DNA of 63,425 nt, counting the filler, from Nemertoderma westbladi (taxonomy: Eukaryota > Animalia > Xenacoelomorpha), in assembly GCA_032718475.1 (NCBI GenBank). It is 4 parts of 4 records of this genome, joined end to end, with 100 filler letters (N's around TTAATTAATTAA, not from the genome) between each part and the next. Parts side by side here need not be neighbours in the genome. Positions count along the whole stretch, not along the records: positions 1 to 27,443 come from JAUCBJ010008426.1; 3 more parts are not named here. One strand, written 5' to 3'. Below, piece after piece: positions 14,601-24,156 of this stretch (position 1 is the first letter of the stretch; each line of letters opens with the position of its first letter). A model generated the notes under the pieces. It had not been told where the DNA came from. It searched no databases and saw only the letters and a list, made by a program, of their open reading frames with translations. Made by a program: the position numbers and the translations under genes.

Positions 14601-15446
14601 GGTGTAGACGTTATTACTTCCGGTGGTGTAGACGTTATTACTTCCGGTAGTGTAGACGTTATTACTTCTGGTATTCTAGACGTTATTACTTCCGGTGGTG
14701 TAGACATTATTACTTCCGGTGGTGTAGACGGTATTACTTCCGGTGGTGTAGACGTTATTACTTCCGGTGGTGTAGATGTTATTACTTCTGGTAGTGTAGA
14801 CGTTATTACTTCCGGTCCGGTGGTGTACACGTTATTACTTCTGGTAGGGTAGACGTTATTACTTCTGGTAGGGTAGGCGTTATTACTTCCGGTGGTGTAG
14901 ACGTTATTACTTCCGTTGGTGTAGACGTTATTACTTCCGGTGGTGTAGACGTTATTACTTCTGGTAGTGTAGACGTTATTACTTCCGGTCCGGTGGTGTA
15001 GACGTTATTACTTCCGGTGGTGTAGACGTTATTACTTCCGGTGGTGTAGACGTTATTTCTTCTGGTAGTCTAGACGTTATTACTTCCGGTGGTGTAGACA
15101 TTATTACTTCTGGTAGTGTAGACGTTATTACTTCCGGTGGTGTAGACGTTATTACTTCTGGAAGTGTAGACGTTATTAGTTCCGGTCCGGTGGTCTAGAC
15201 GTTATTACTTCCGGTGGTGTAGACGCTATTACTTCTGGTGGTGTAGACATTATTTCTTCTGGTAGTCTAGACGTTATTACTTCTGGTAGTGTAGACGTTA
15301 TTACTTCTGGTAGTGTAGACGTTATTACTTCTGGTAGTGTAGACGTTATTACTTCTGGTAATGTAGACGTTATTACTTCCGGTGGTGTAGACGTTATTAC
15401 TTCTGGTAGTGTAGACGTTATTACTTCCGGTGGTGTTGCCGTTATT
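2699..15446. repeat. 24-bp tandem satellite (TAGACGTTATTACTTCYGGTRGTG), about 530 units, with 29-bp variants and 2.1-2.6-kb higher-order blocks
   Basis: The monomer is read directly from the sequence. Units with a 5-bp GGTCC insertion shift the frame. Rare variant units recur with spacings of 2079, 2305 and 2601 bp (identical ORF ends at 6793, 8872, 11177, 13778). Confidence 0.98.
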
Positions 15447-15602
15447 CCCGACACCAAGGGGGAAAACGCCGATGCTGGAGGCAGAATTTTCAGACCACTT
15501 TATCCCGGCCAGTCACCGGATATTGGGAGCGGAGAAGGATTTTATCTGAGATGCAAGATTGCGGGTAGAGAACAAGTTTCATTGGTTGGATATAATCTTT
15601 AA
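15447..15602 (+). pseudogene. Possible LTR-retrotransposon gag/protease junction fragment, truncated before the catalytic DTG
   Basis: The frame continues from the last satellite units as AVIPDTKGENADAGGRIFRPLYPGQSPDIGSGEGFYLRCKIAGREQVSLVGYNL*. FYLRCKIAGREQVSLV resembles the segment before DTG in retropepsins, but DTG itself is absent. Confidence 0.3.
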
Positions 15603-15940
15603 TACCATAATACCTTAATACCATAATGAACCTTGATTGAGAATAATTTGGGCTTCCCCACACCAATATACCAAATATTCACAATAATACACAAATATAA
15701 ATTCCTACAGTAAATTATTTAATTACCCACTGTTCGCTTAACTATCAGATTTTGACCTAACTAATGTTCCCCATTTTCCCTCGGTCCTATAGTCCTAGTC
15801 CCGGTACCGTAGTGTCAGTGTCGGTCGATCCTTCGCATGTCCGTCCCACCCTTCCCGAACCCTGACGGGAAACTCCACTGTCATCAGGAAAGCGGTACGG
15901 CTTAGCTAGGGGTCTGTCGGTTCATCGCAAGGTCCCAACC

Positions 15941-15979
15941 TTCCGGTGGTGTAGACGTTATTACTTCCGGTGGTGTAGA
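15941..15979. repeat. Orphan ~1.5 units of the 24-bp satellite
   Basis: TTCCGGTGGTGTAGACGTTATTACTTCCGGTGGTGTAGA lies about 500 bp after the main array. Confidence 0.9.
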
Positions 15980-16344
15980 TAATAAGTTAGATAGAAAGCA
16001 CAATAGAAAGTGAAACATTTTGACTGAAGTAGTTCTTACTAAAAGCCTATACATACTTTAGCAGCTTCAAACTACAATACTAAGGCAGACTAGACAGGGG
16101 TGCCCTTACCATTACCACTTTTTACCACTTGATGGTAATCAAGTGTCAAAAATTTCATCATTTGTGCACAATGTCATTATGAATAGACCAGATTACAAGT
16201 ATTTGATAAATGCTCATGTTCAAAAAATATTTAAAAAAACTGTCCTTTTGCCACATTTTGTCATTTTTTACCTAAAGTTGACACTTTATGACCTATATTT
16301 ATTTCAGCAACTACAAACAAAATGAATAAAATGGTAATAGGAGG

Positions 16345-16537
16345 TGTTAAGCATCACACAATGATGTGTTAAGCATCACACAATGATGTGTTAAGCATCA
16401 CCCAATGAGGTGTTAAGCATCACCCAATGATGTGTTAAGCATCACCCAATGAGGTGTTAAGCATCACCCAATGATGTGTTAAGCATCACCCAATGAGGTG
16501 TTAAGCATCACCCAATGAGGTGTTAAGCATCACCCAT
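16345..16537. repeat. 22-bp minisatellite GTGTTAAGCATCACMCAATGAK, about 9 copies
   Basis: Tandem units are directly visible. Confidence 0.95.
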
Positions 16538-17432
16538 TTATCATTCATGCCAAATTTCACGCAAATTCGTTAATTATTGGAAATGCCTTTGCACTTTGAA
16601 ATTTAAAATTTGCATTCTTCAGAAAACGCATTTAAAGTTTATCCTTAAGTGTAATTTTGTCCATTGAAATGTTGGAATGCGCACAACTCCGCTGAAAGTT
16701 GAGTTGCGAGGCTTTTCCGGTTCTTTGATTTCATTCGCGTTACTTTACTCATTTGACAGAATCTTGTCTGTCTGTCAGTCTGTCCGTCCGTCAAAATATT
16801 ACCTAGAGCTGAACAGACAAGCAGACAATGTGGGATGACATCAAACACGAAAACTGACATCGGAAATGAAATCAGCAACCATGAGATAACCCCTATAACA
16901 AAACTTTTATCTAGTTGGAATGCTTTCCTTATATTTTGACAGACAGACAGATAGACTGACAGACAGACATAGAGACAATAGTTTTCGTTAAAAGTGAAAA
17001 CTGACGTTTGGAATGAAATCAGCGACCATGAAAACCCACATAACTAAACTTTTAGTTAGAAAGAATGCTATTGTTATATTTTGACAGACAAACTCAGAAA
17101 CACAATTCCTTTTCACAAACACTTACACAGAAACATTATCATTCGATTCATAACTTTATAACTATTAGCTAATAACAACGGTTTGAAATCATCAAACAAA
17201 TCTGGCCAAATCGATCAAGGGAGTATTTAAAATGAAGAAACGATTTTTTTCGGAATTTGCCCCCCCCCCCCCCCCCCCCCCCCTCCCCCTTAATAGAATT
17301 CAATTAATAGAACGATATTTCCTGAAAATAACGATAGAATGTTAGGTTGCCCTTCTTGGGAACTGGCACCAACTTATTTGTTTTCATTTGTTGTGGAACT
17401 CTTGTTGTTCGGTACATTTGTTTACTTTTCAG

Positions 17433-17569
17433 TTAACCGAATAAAGAACGAGAACCACGTGTCTATCCGGGTTCCGGCCGACGATAAAACCGCCGTTATT
17501 CGGATCGAAGGGGACCCGACTGGGGTGGAGAAAGCCAAATCGGAGCTCCTTGTGATGGTCTGCAGACTG
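17433..17569 (+). CDS. HDLBP: Internal exon of vigilin (HDL-binding protein, multi-KH domain)
   Basis: Flanked by a ttttcAG acceptor and a GTTAGT donor. It encodes (V)NRIKNENHVSIRVPADDKTAVIRIEGDPTGVEKAKSELLVMVCRL, matching the vigilin KH segment INRIK..KVSVRIP.D.....IRIEGDPQGV..AK.ELL as recalled. Confidence 0.85.
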
Positions 17570-17571
17570 GT

Positions 17572-18480
17572 TAGTTGGGTCGTCTAGCACCGATGGTGGT
17601 TGGGTCGTCTAGCACCGGTGGTGGTTGGGTCGTCTAGCACCGATGGTGGTTGGGTCGTCTAGCACCGGTGGTGGTTGGGTCGTCTAGCACCGGTGGTGGT
17701 GGGGTCGTCTAGCACCGATGGTGGTTGGGTCGTATATGTAGATAATCAATTAGCACCGATGGTGGTTGGGTCGTCTGTAGATAATCAATTAGCACCGATG
17801 GTGGTTGGGTCATCTAGCACCGGTGGTGGTTGGGTCGTCTAGCACCGATGGTGGTGGGGTCGTCTAGCACCGATGGTGGTGGGGTCGTCTAGCAACGATG
17901 GTGGTTGGGTCGTCTAGCACCGATGGTGGTGGGGTCTTCTAGCACCGGTGGTGGTTGGGTCGTCTAGCAACGATGGTGGTTGGGTCGTCTAGCACCGGTG
18001 GTGGTTGGGTCGTATATGTAGATAATCAATTAACACCGATGGTGGTTGGGTCGTCTGTAGATAATCAATTAGCACCGATGGTGGTTGGGTCGTCTGTAGA
18101 TAATCAATTAGCACCGATGGTGGTTGGGTCGTCTGTAGATAATCAATTAGCACCGATGGTGGTTGGGTCGTCTGTAGTAATAAATTAGCACAGATGGTGG
18201 TGGGGTCTTCTGTAGATAATCAATTAGCACCGATGGTGGTGGGGTCGTCTGTAGATAATCAATGAGCACCGATGGTGGTTGGGTCGTCTGTAGATAATCA
18301 ATTAGCACCGATGGTGGTTGGGTCGTCTGTAGATAATCAATTAGCACCGATGGTGGTTGGGTCGTCTGTAGATAATCAATTAGCACCGATGGTGGTTGGG
18401 TCGTCTGTAGATAATCAATTAGCACCGATGGTGGTTGGGTCGTCTATAGATAATCAATTAGCACCGATGGTGGTTGGGTC
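17572..18480. repeat. Intronic 25-bp then 39-bp minisatellite (TAGCACCGATGGTGGTTGGGTCGTC[TGTAGATAATCAAT]), left part
   Basis: 25-bp units change into 39-bp units. The array starts at the vigilin splice donor. Confidence 0.95.
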
Positions 18481-20919
18481 TATAGCAATAGTGTTAACCG
18501 AAATTCTGTCCATCTTCAGGATTTTATCTCTGGAAATGGATTGTTTTCGGCTGGAACCCAGTTCAAGAAGCGAACTGGAAAGCTATGGACTCATAGTGGA
18601 CCCAGTGGTCACAAGTCCCAGATAGACCATATTCTGTTTCGTAGGAAATACAGGAGCTCTATACAAGACTGTAATGCATTTACACTTCGACCCTTCTCCA
18701 GTGATCACCGCCTTATTGTGGCCAAGGTAAGACTTAGTCTGCGTGCTAGCAGAACAACGAAATCTGCCTTGCCACGGCATGACTGGTCCTCTCTGTTGCA
18801 ACAGCCAAGTGTGAGATCCAGCTTCACACTACAGCTGAGCAACAGGTATGAGGCTCTTGCCTCTGAGGCGGCAGATCACTGTGAGGGCTATACTGCCTTT
18901 ACAGAAGCAGTTAAGTTAGCAGCTGCAGAAACAGTTCCTGTATACCCTCGAAACAGGAAAAGGGCCCCCTGGACTGACAACAAAATTCAGAAGTGCCGAA
19001 ATGACCTTCATAAGGCGCAGAAAGAGTCCCGACTCAAACAGACTACAGCGGCCAAGAATGCAGTTAAAGCTGCATCTAGGTCCCTGAACAGGCAGTACTC
19101 TGTTAATCTACAGGAGCTAATAAACCAACAGGTTGATGCCATCAATGATGCTGATGACAGCAGGCAATCATCCCAGGCATGGAAATCGATCAATCTGCTT
19201 ACTGGGCGGAAAAGCCAACCAACCACCAAGGTTAAGGCCGAATCACCAGCCGATCGCCTTAATGGTTGGAAAGCCCACTTTGAAAAGCTCCTCAATAATG
19301 ACAGGGTATTGCCTGATAACTTTATAGAAGTAAAAGTGTCTGAGTCTGTACTCCCAGATATTCCCATTGGCGATATCTCCTTTGCAGAAGTGAAGGCTGC
19401 TGCAAAGAGCATTAAGACCAATCGTGCCAGTGGAGTAGATGGTGTTCCCCCTGAGGTCTTTAAAATACCTGAGTGTTTAAAGCTCATCTATCCCATCATA
19501 GTAGACATGTACCGTACAACAAGAGTCCCACAAGAAATGAAAACAAATAAGTTGGTGCCAGTTCCCAAGAAGGGCAACCTAACACTCTATGGTTCTTTTC
19601 GGGGAATCTCATTGATCTCGATTGCTGCAAAACTATACAATAGAATTCTATTAAATCGCATCAGGGATCCCATTGAGAGACTGCTACGTGGAAATCAGAA
19701 TGGGTTCCGTAAAGGTCGTGGGACCATGGAGCCCATTTTGGCACTTAGAAGGATAATTGAAGAGTTATCAAAAAAGAAAGACAGGCATCTGGCTGTTATC
19801 TTTGTTGACTTCTTCAAGGCCTTTGATTCAGTCTCTCGCTCACGTATGTTCAGCATACTTTCATTATATGGGATTCCTGATGAAATTATTGCAGCAATCA
19901 GATCAGTATACGATGGTTCGACAACATTTGTGTCTACTGTTGACGGTGACACAGAACCATTTGAAGTGTTATGGGGCGTCCTCCAAGGAGACACACTTGC
20001 ACCATTCTTGTTCATTATTGTGGTTGACTATGTTCTACGCATGTCCTTAGATCATCATAATGATGATGGGGTGATGATAAGTCCACCTACTGGCTCCAGA
20101 AGTCGAGGAAATCCTGCCAAGTACCTAACTGATCTAGACTTTGCTGATGACTTAGGAGTACTCTCAGAATCATTAGAGGGAGCCCAGCGGCTCCTCAGCT
20201 CATTAGAACATGCTGCTTCTAGTGTTGGTCTTTTTATTAACTCCAGAAAGACCAAAATTCTGACAGTTAACTTTGAAAGTCCTCAGCAAGTCTCTGATCG
20301 GATGAGCATAAGCTCAAAGGATGGTATGCTTGAGCATGTGGACGACTTCTGTTACCTGGGATCATGGATCCGGAAGTCAGGTGAGGACCTTCGAATACGT
20401 AAGGGAAAGGCATGGGCAGCCTTGAATAGGCTTTCCAGGATTTGGAAGTCACCTAGAATTAATCGGAAACTTAAGGTCCGATTATTTAGAGCAGCAGTAG
20501 TTCCAGTACTCCTCTACGGGAGTCCATGCTGGGCTCTAACTGCTGAGGACACCAAATCTCTGGATGGCACATTCACAAGAATGCTACGCCGGGTTCATTG
20601 TGTCAAGTACAATGCACACATCTCCAACCAGACACTATATAACATTGGAGGTGTCTCATTGGTTCCCCCAAGCTTGACACTAGAACAAAATCGCCTCCGC
20701 TTTGCAGGACATTGCTTTCGCCGTGAGGACCAGCCAGTGCATAATCTTGTACTTTGGCAGCCTCATGGAGTGAATAAGCATGGTGGACAGCCCATGACTT
20801 TCTTGAGACGCATCTTAAAGGACACTGGCCTTAAAGATGCGGATGATCTAGCAAATGTCATGGGTGATAGGGAGTTGTGGCGGTGCAATTTTGTTGACAA
20901 GCCGGCACAGCATTCTTAA
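18481..20919 (+). CDS. RTE-type ORF: C-terminal part of AP endonuclease plus reverse transcriptase, uninterrupted but lacking its 5' end
   Basis: APE motifs QIDHIL and SDH. RT motifs PVPKKG, FRGISL, QNGFR, FVDFFKAFDSV, QGDTLAP, DFADD, YLGS. RTE C-terminal RLRFAGHCFR. The frame is open from the junction at 18481. Confidence 0.93.
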   Translation, partial: YSNSVNRNSVHLQDFISGNGLFSAGTQFKKRTGKLWTHSGPSGHKSQIDHILFRRKYRSSIQDCNAFTLRPFSSDHRLIVAKVRLSLRASRTTKSALPRHDWSSLLQQPSVRSSFTLQLSNRYEALASEAADHCEGYTAFTEAVKLAAAETVPVYPRNRKRAPWTDNKIQKCRNDLHKAQKESRLKQTTAAKNAVKAASRSLNRQYSVNLQELINQQVDAINDADDSRQSSQAWKSINLLTGRKSQPTTKVKAESPADRLNGWKAHFEKLLNNDRVLPDNFIEVKVSESVLPDIPIGDISFAEVKAAAKSIKTNRASGVDGVPPEVFKIPECLKLIYPIIVDMYRTTRVPQEMKTNKLVPVPKKGNLTLYGSFRGISLISIAAKLYNRILLNRIRDPIERLLRGNQNGFRKGRGTMEPILALRRIIEELSKKKDRHLAVIFVDFFKAFDSVSRSRMFSILSLYGIPDEIIAAIRSVYDGSTTFVSTVDGDTEPFEVLWGVLQGDTLAPFLFIIVVDYVLRMSLDHHNDDGVMISPPTGSRSRGNPAKYLTDLDFADDLGVLSESLEGAQRLLSSLEHAASSVGLFINSRKTKILTVNFESPQQVSDRMSISSKDGMLEHVDDFCYLGSWIRKSGEDLRIRKGKAWAALNRLSRIWKSPRINRKLKVRLFRAAVVPVLLYGSPCWALTAEDTKSLDGTFTRMLRRVHCVKYNAHISNQTLYNIGGVSLVPPSLTLEQNRLRFAGHCFRREDQPVHNLVLWQPHGVNKHGGQPMTFLRRILKDTGLKDADDLANVMGDRELWRCNFVDKPAQHS

Positions 20920-20962
20920 AAATGCAGCTGCAATGCAGCATGCCGATCCTAGTAGTAGTAGT
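18481..20962 (+). mobile_element. 5'-truncated RTE-clade non-LTR retrotransposon with (TAG)n tail and 14-bp TSD
   Basis: TSD ATGGTGGTTGGGTC at 18467-18480 and 20963-20976. Tail TAGTAGTAGTAGT. Very short 3' UTR. Confidence 0.92.
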
Positions 20963-23410
20963 ATGGTGGTTGGGTCGTCTGTAGATAATCAATTTACACA
21001 GATGGTGGTGGGGTCTTCTGTAGATAATCAATTAGCACCGATGGTGGTTGGGTCGTCTGTAGATAATCAATTAGCACCGATGGTGGTTGGGTCGTCTATG
21101 TAGATAATCAATTAGCACCGATGGTGGTTGGGTCGTCTATGTAGATAATCAATTAGCACCGATGGTGGTTGGTTCGTCTGTAGATAATCAATTAGCACCG
21201 ATGGTGGTTGGGTCGTCTGTAGATAATCAATTAGCACCGATGGTGGTTGGGTCTTCTGTAGATAATCAATTAGCACCGATGTTGGTTGGGTCGTCTGTAG
21301 ATAATCAATTAGCACCGATGTTGGTTGGGTCGTCTGTAGATAATCAATTAGCACCGATGGTAGTTGGGTCGTCTGTAGATAATCAATTAGCACCGATGGT
21401 GGTTGGGTCGTCTGTAGATAATCAATTAGCACCGATGGTGGTTGGGTCGTCTGTAGATAATCAATTAGCACCGATGGTGGTTGGGTCGTCTGTAGATAAT
21501 CAATTTACACAGATGGTGGTGGGGTCTTCTGTAGATAATCAATTAGCACCGATGGTGGTTGGGTCGTCTGTAGATAATCAATTAGCACCGATTGTGGTTG
21601 GGTCGTCTGTAGATAATCAATTAGCACCGATGGTGGTTGGGTCTTCTGTAGATAATCAATTAGCACCGATGGTGGTTGGGTCGTCTGTAGATAATCAATT
21701 AGCACCGATGGTGGTTGGGTCGTCTATGTAGATAATCAATTAGCACCGATGGTGGTTGGGTCGTCTATGTAGATAATCAATTAGCACCGATGGTGGTTGG
21801 GTCGTCTGTAGATAATCAATTAGCACCGATGATGGTTGGGTCGTCTGTAGATAATCAATTAGCACCGATGGTGGTTGGGTCGTCTGTAGATAATCAATTA
21901 GCACCGATGATGGTTGGGTCGTCTGTAGATAATCAATTAGCACCGATGTTGGTTGGGTCTTCTGTAGATAATCAATTAGCACAGATGGTGGTGGGGTCTT
22001 CTGTAGATAATCAATTAGCACCGATGTTGGTTGGGTCGTCTGTAGATAATCAATTAGCACCGATGGTAGTTGGGTCGTCTGTAGATAATCAATTAGCACC
22101 GATGGTGGTTGGTTCGTCTGTAGATAATCAATTAGCTCCGATGTTGGTTGGGTCTTCTGTAGATAATCAATTAGCACCGATGGTGGTTGGGTCGTATATG
22201 TAGATAATCAATTAGCACCGATGGTGGTTGGGTCGTCTATGTAGATAATCAATTAGCACCGATGGTGATTGGGTCGTCTGTAGATAATCAATTAGCACCG
22301 ATGGTGGTTGGGTCGTCTGTAGATAATCAATTAGCACCGATGGTGGTTGGGTCGTCTTATGTAGATAATCAATTATCACCGATGGTGGTTGGGTCGTCTG
22401 TAGATAATCAATTAGCACCGATGGTGGTTGGGTCGTCTCATGTAGATAATCAATTATCACCGATGGTGGTTGGGTCGTATATGTAGATAATCAATTATCA
22501 CCGATGGTGGTTGGGTCGTATATGTAGATAATCAATTATCACCGATGGTGGTTGGGTCGTCTGTAGATAATCAATTATCACCGATGGTAGTTGGGTCGTC
22601 TGTAGATAATCAATTAGCACCGATGGTGGTTGGGTCGTCTGTAGATAATCAATTAGCACCGATGGTGGTTGGGTCGTCTGTAGATAATCAATTAGCACAG
22701 ATGGTGGTGGGGTCGTCTATGTAGATAATCAATTCGCACCGATGGTGGTTGGGTCGTCTGTAGATAATCAATTAGCACCGATGGTGGTTGGGTTGTCTGT
22801 AGATAATCAATTAGCACCGATGGTGGTTGGGTCGTCTGTAGATAATCAATTAGCACCGATGGTGGTTGGGTCGTCTGTAGATAATCAATTAGCACCGATG
22901 GTGGTTGGGTCGTCTGTAGATAATCAATTAGCACCGATGGTGGTTGGGTCGTCTATAGATAATCAATTAGCACCGATGGTGGTTGGGTCGTCTGTAGATA
23001 ATCAATTAGCACCGATGGTGGTTGGGTCGTCTGTAGATAATCAATTAGCACCGATGGTGGTTGGGTCGTCTGTAGATAATCAATTAGCACCGATGGTGGT
23101 TGGGTCGTCTGTAGATAATCAATTAGCACCGATGGTGGTTGGGTCGTCTATAGATAATCAATTAGCACCGATGGTGGTTGGGTCGTCTGTAGATAATCAA
23201 TTTACACAGATGGTGGTGGGGTCTTCTGTAGATAATCAATTAGCACCGATGGTGGTTGGGTCGTCTGTAGATAATCAATTAGCACCGATGGTGGTTGGGT
23301 CGTCTATGTAGATAATCAATTAGCACCGATGGTGGTTGGGTCGTCTGTAGATAATCAATTAGCACCGATGGTGGTTGGGTCGTCTATGTAGATAATCAAT
23401 TAGCAACGAT
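20963..23410. repeat. 39-bp minisatellite, right part (about 62 units)
   Basis: Same monomer as 17572-18480, with occasional +2/+3-nt variants. Confidence 0.97.
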
Positions 23411-23586
23411 GTGCTGTATTTGTGTCCTACCTTGGTATTTAACCGGGTATTAATTGCAGAAATAGAAAGGAACAATCAGGTTCCGCGTACCAGTCAGCAG
23501 TCAAGCAAATAATAATAATCAGGCAGCAGTCAACAGGCAGATGCAAAAGCGAGTAACTGAATCATAAGTAAAACATCTTAATACCA

Positions 23587-23852
23587 ATAATAATGTTTGA
23601 ATAGGAGAATCTTTTAGGCTCGTTAAGCCAAGGAATGCCTGTTCACCACCATGGGTGATCTTCCACAGGAAACCCTTCCACTCTGTTTCCCAAGTTGCCT
23701 TGGTTCCCATTTATCGACCACTGAAGGATGAAAGCCGGGGTTGGGCTAGGCTGCAGCATTTAAAGCACTGTGCCCAAACAGTGCTGCCAGGGATCGAACC
23801 CGGGCTCCCTAATCGGAAGCACAGTAATGTCACCACTAGACCAAGCTGCTGC
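23587..23852 (-). mobile_element. tRNA-derived SINE (head resembles tRNA-Gly TCC)
   Basis: A box TGGTCTAGTGG (23833-23843) and B box GGTTCGATCCC (23790-23800). Central CTTTCATCCTTCAGTGGTCGATAAATGGGAACC resembles a widely shared metazoan SINE core. (ATT)n end. AATAATAATGTTTG occurs at 23586 and 23863 (possible TSD). Confidence 0.82.
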
Positions 23853-23874
23853 TTTTGGTGTTAATAATAATGTT

Positions 23875-24101
23875 TGTTATATGGTTAATCATTTCAATCA
23901 TAGATAATAACATTCCGGTACAGTAACAACCTCCTGAGGTACGGCAGTACGATACCGGTAATACAGTAGTACCTTTTACCTGTACATTATCACTTATATA
24001 TTATATAATAAAGTAAGTCCTATATACTTTTGAATTTCCCGCCACCTGTTATAGTTCATTGAATGCTTATCATAAAACACATATCTATTGGGAATCTATC
24101 A
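23875..24101 (-). mobile_element. Putative 3' LTR of the Gypsy element
   Basis: On the minus strand the polypurine tract AAGGGGGGA is followed by TGATAGAT at 24101. An imperfect inverted end TGTTATAT lies at 23875. The left boundary is uncertain. Confidence 0.55.
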
Positions 24102-24156
24102 TCCCCCCTTTAAGTCGAGCAGAGTTTAAAGAATGATGTCTCGGCTTAAATAATGT

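Noticed and set aside
2689-15457. Long ORFs (DVITSGGV)n and (PEVITSTP)n as mucin-like or adhesin genes
   Set aside because: They arise because the unit is 24 bp and stop-free in one frame per strand. Frequent 29-bp and 23-bp variants break the frame, and there is no signal peptide or splice context.
17572-23410. CRISPR-like array or repeat-protein ORFs in the 39-bp repeat
   Set aside because: Units are head-to-tail with no unique spacers, there are no cas genes, and the context is a eukaryotic intron. The ORFs are repeat read-throughs.
23780-23852. Genuine tRNA-Gly gene
   Set aside because: The acceptor and anticodon stems do not pair, and it continues into a SINE core and tail.
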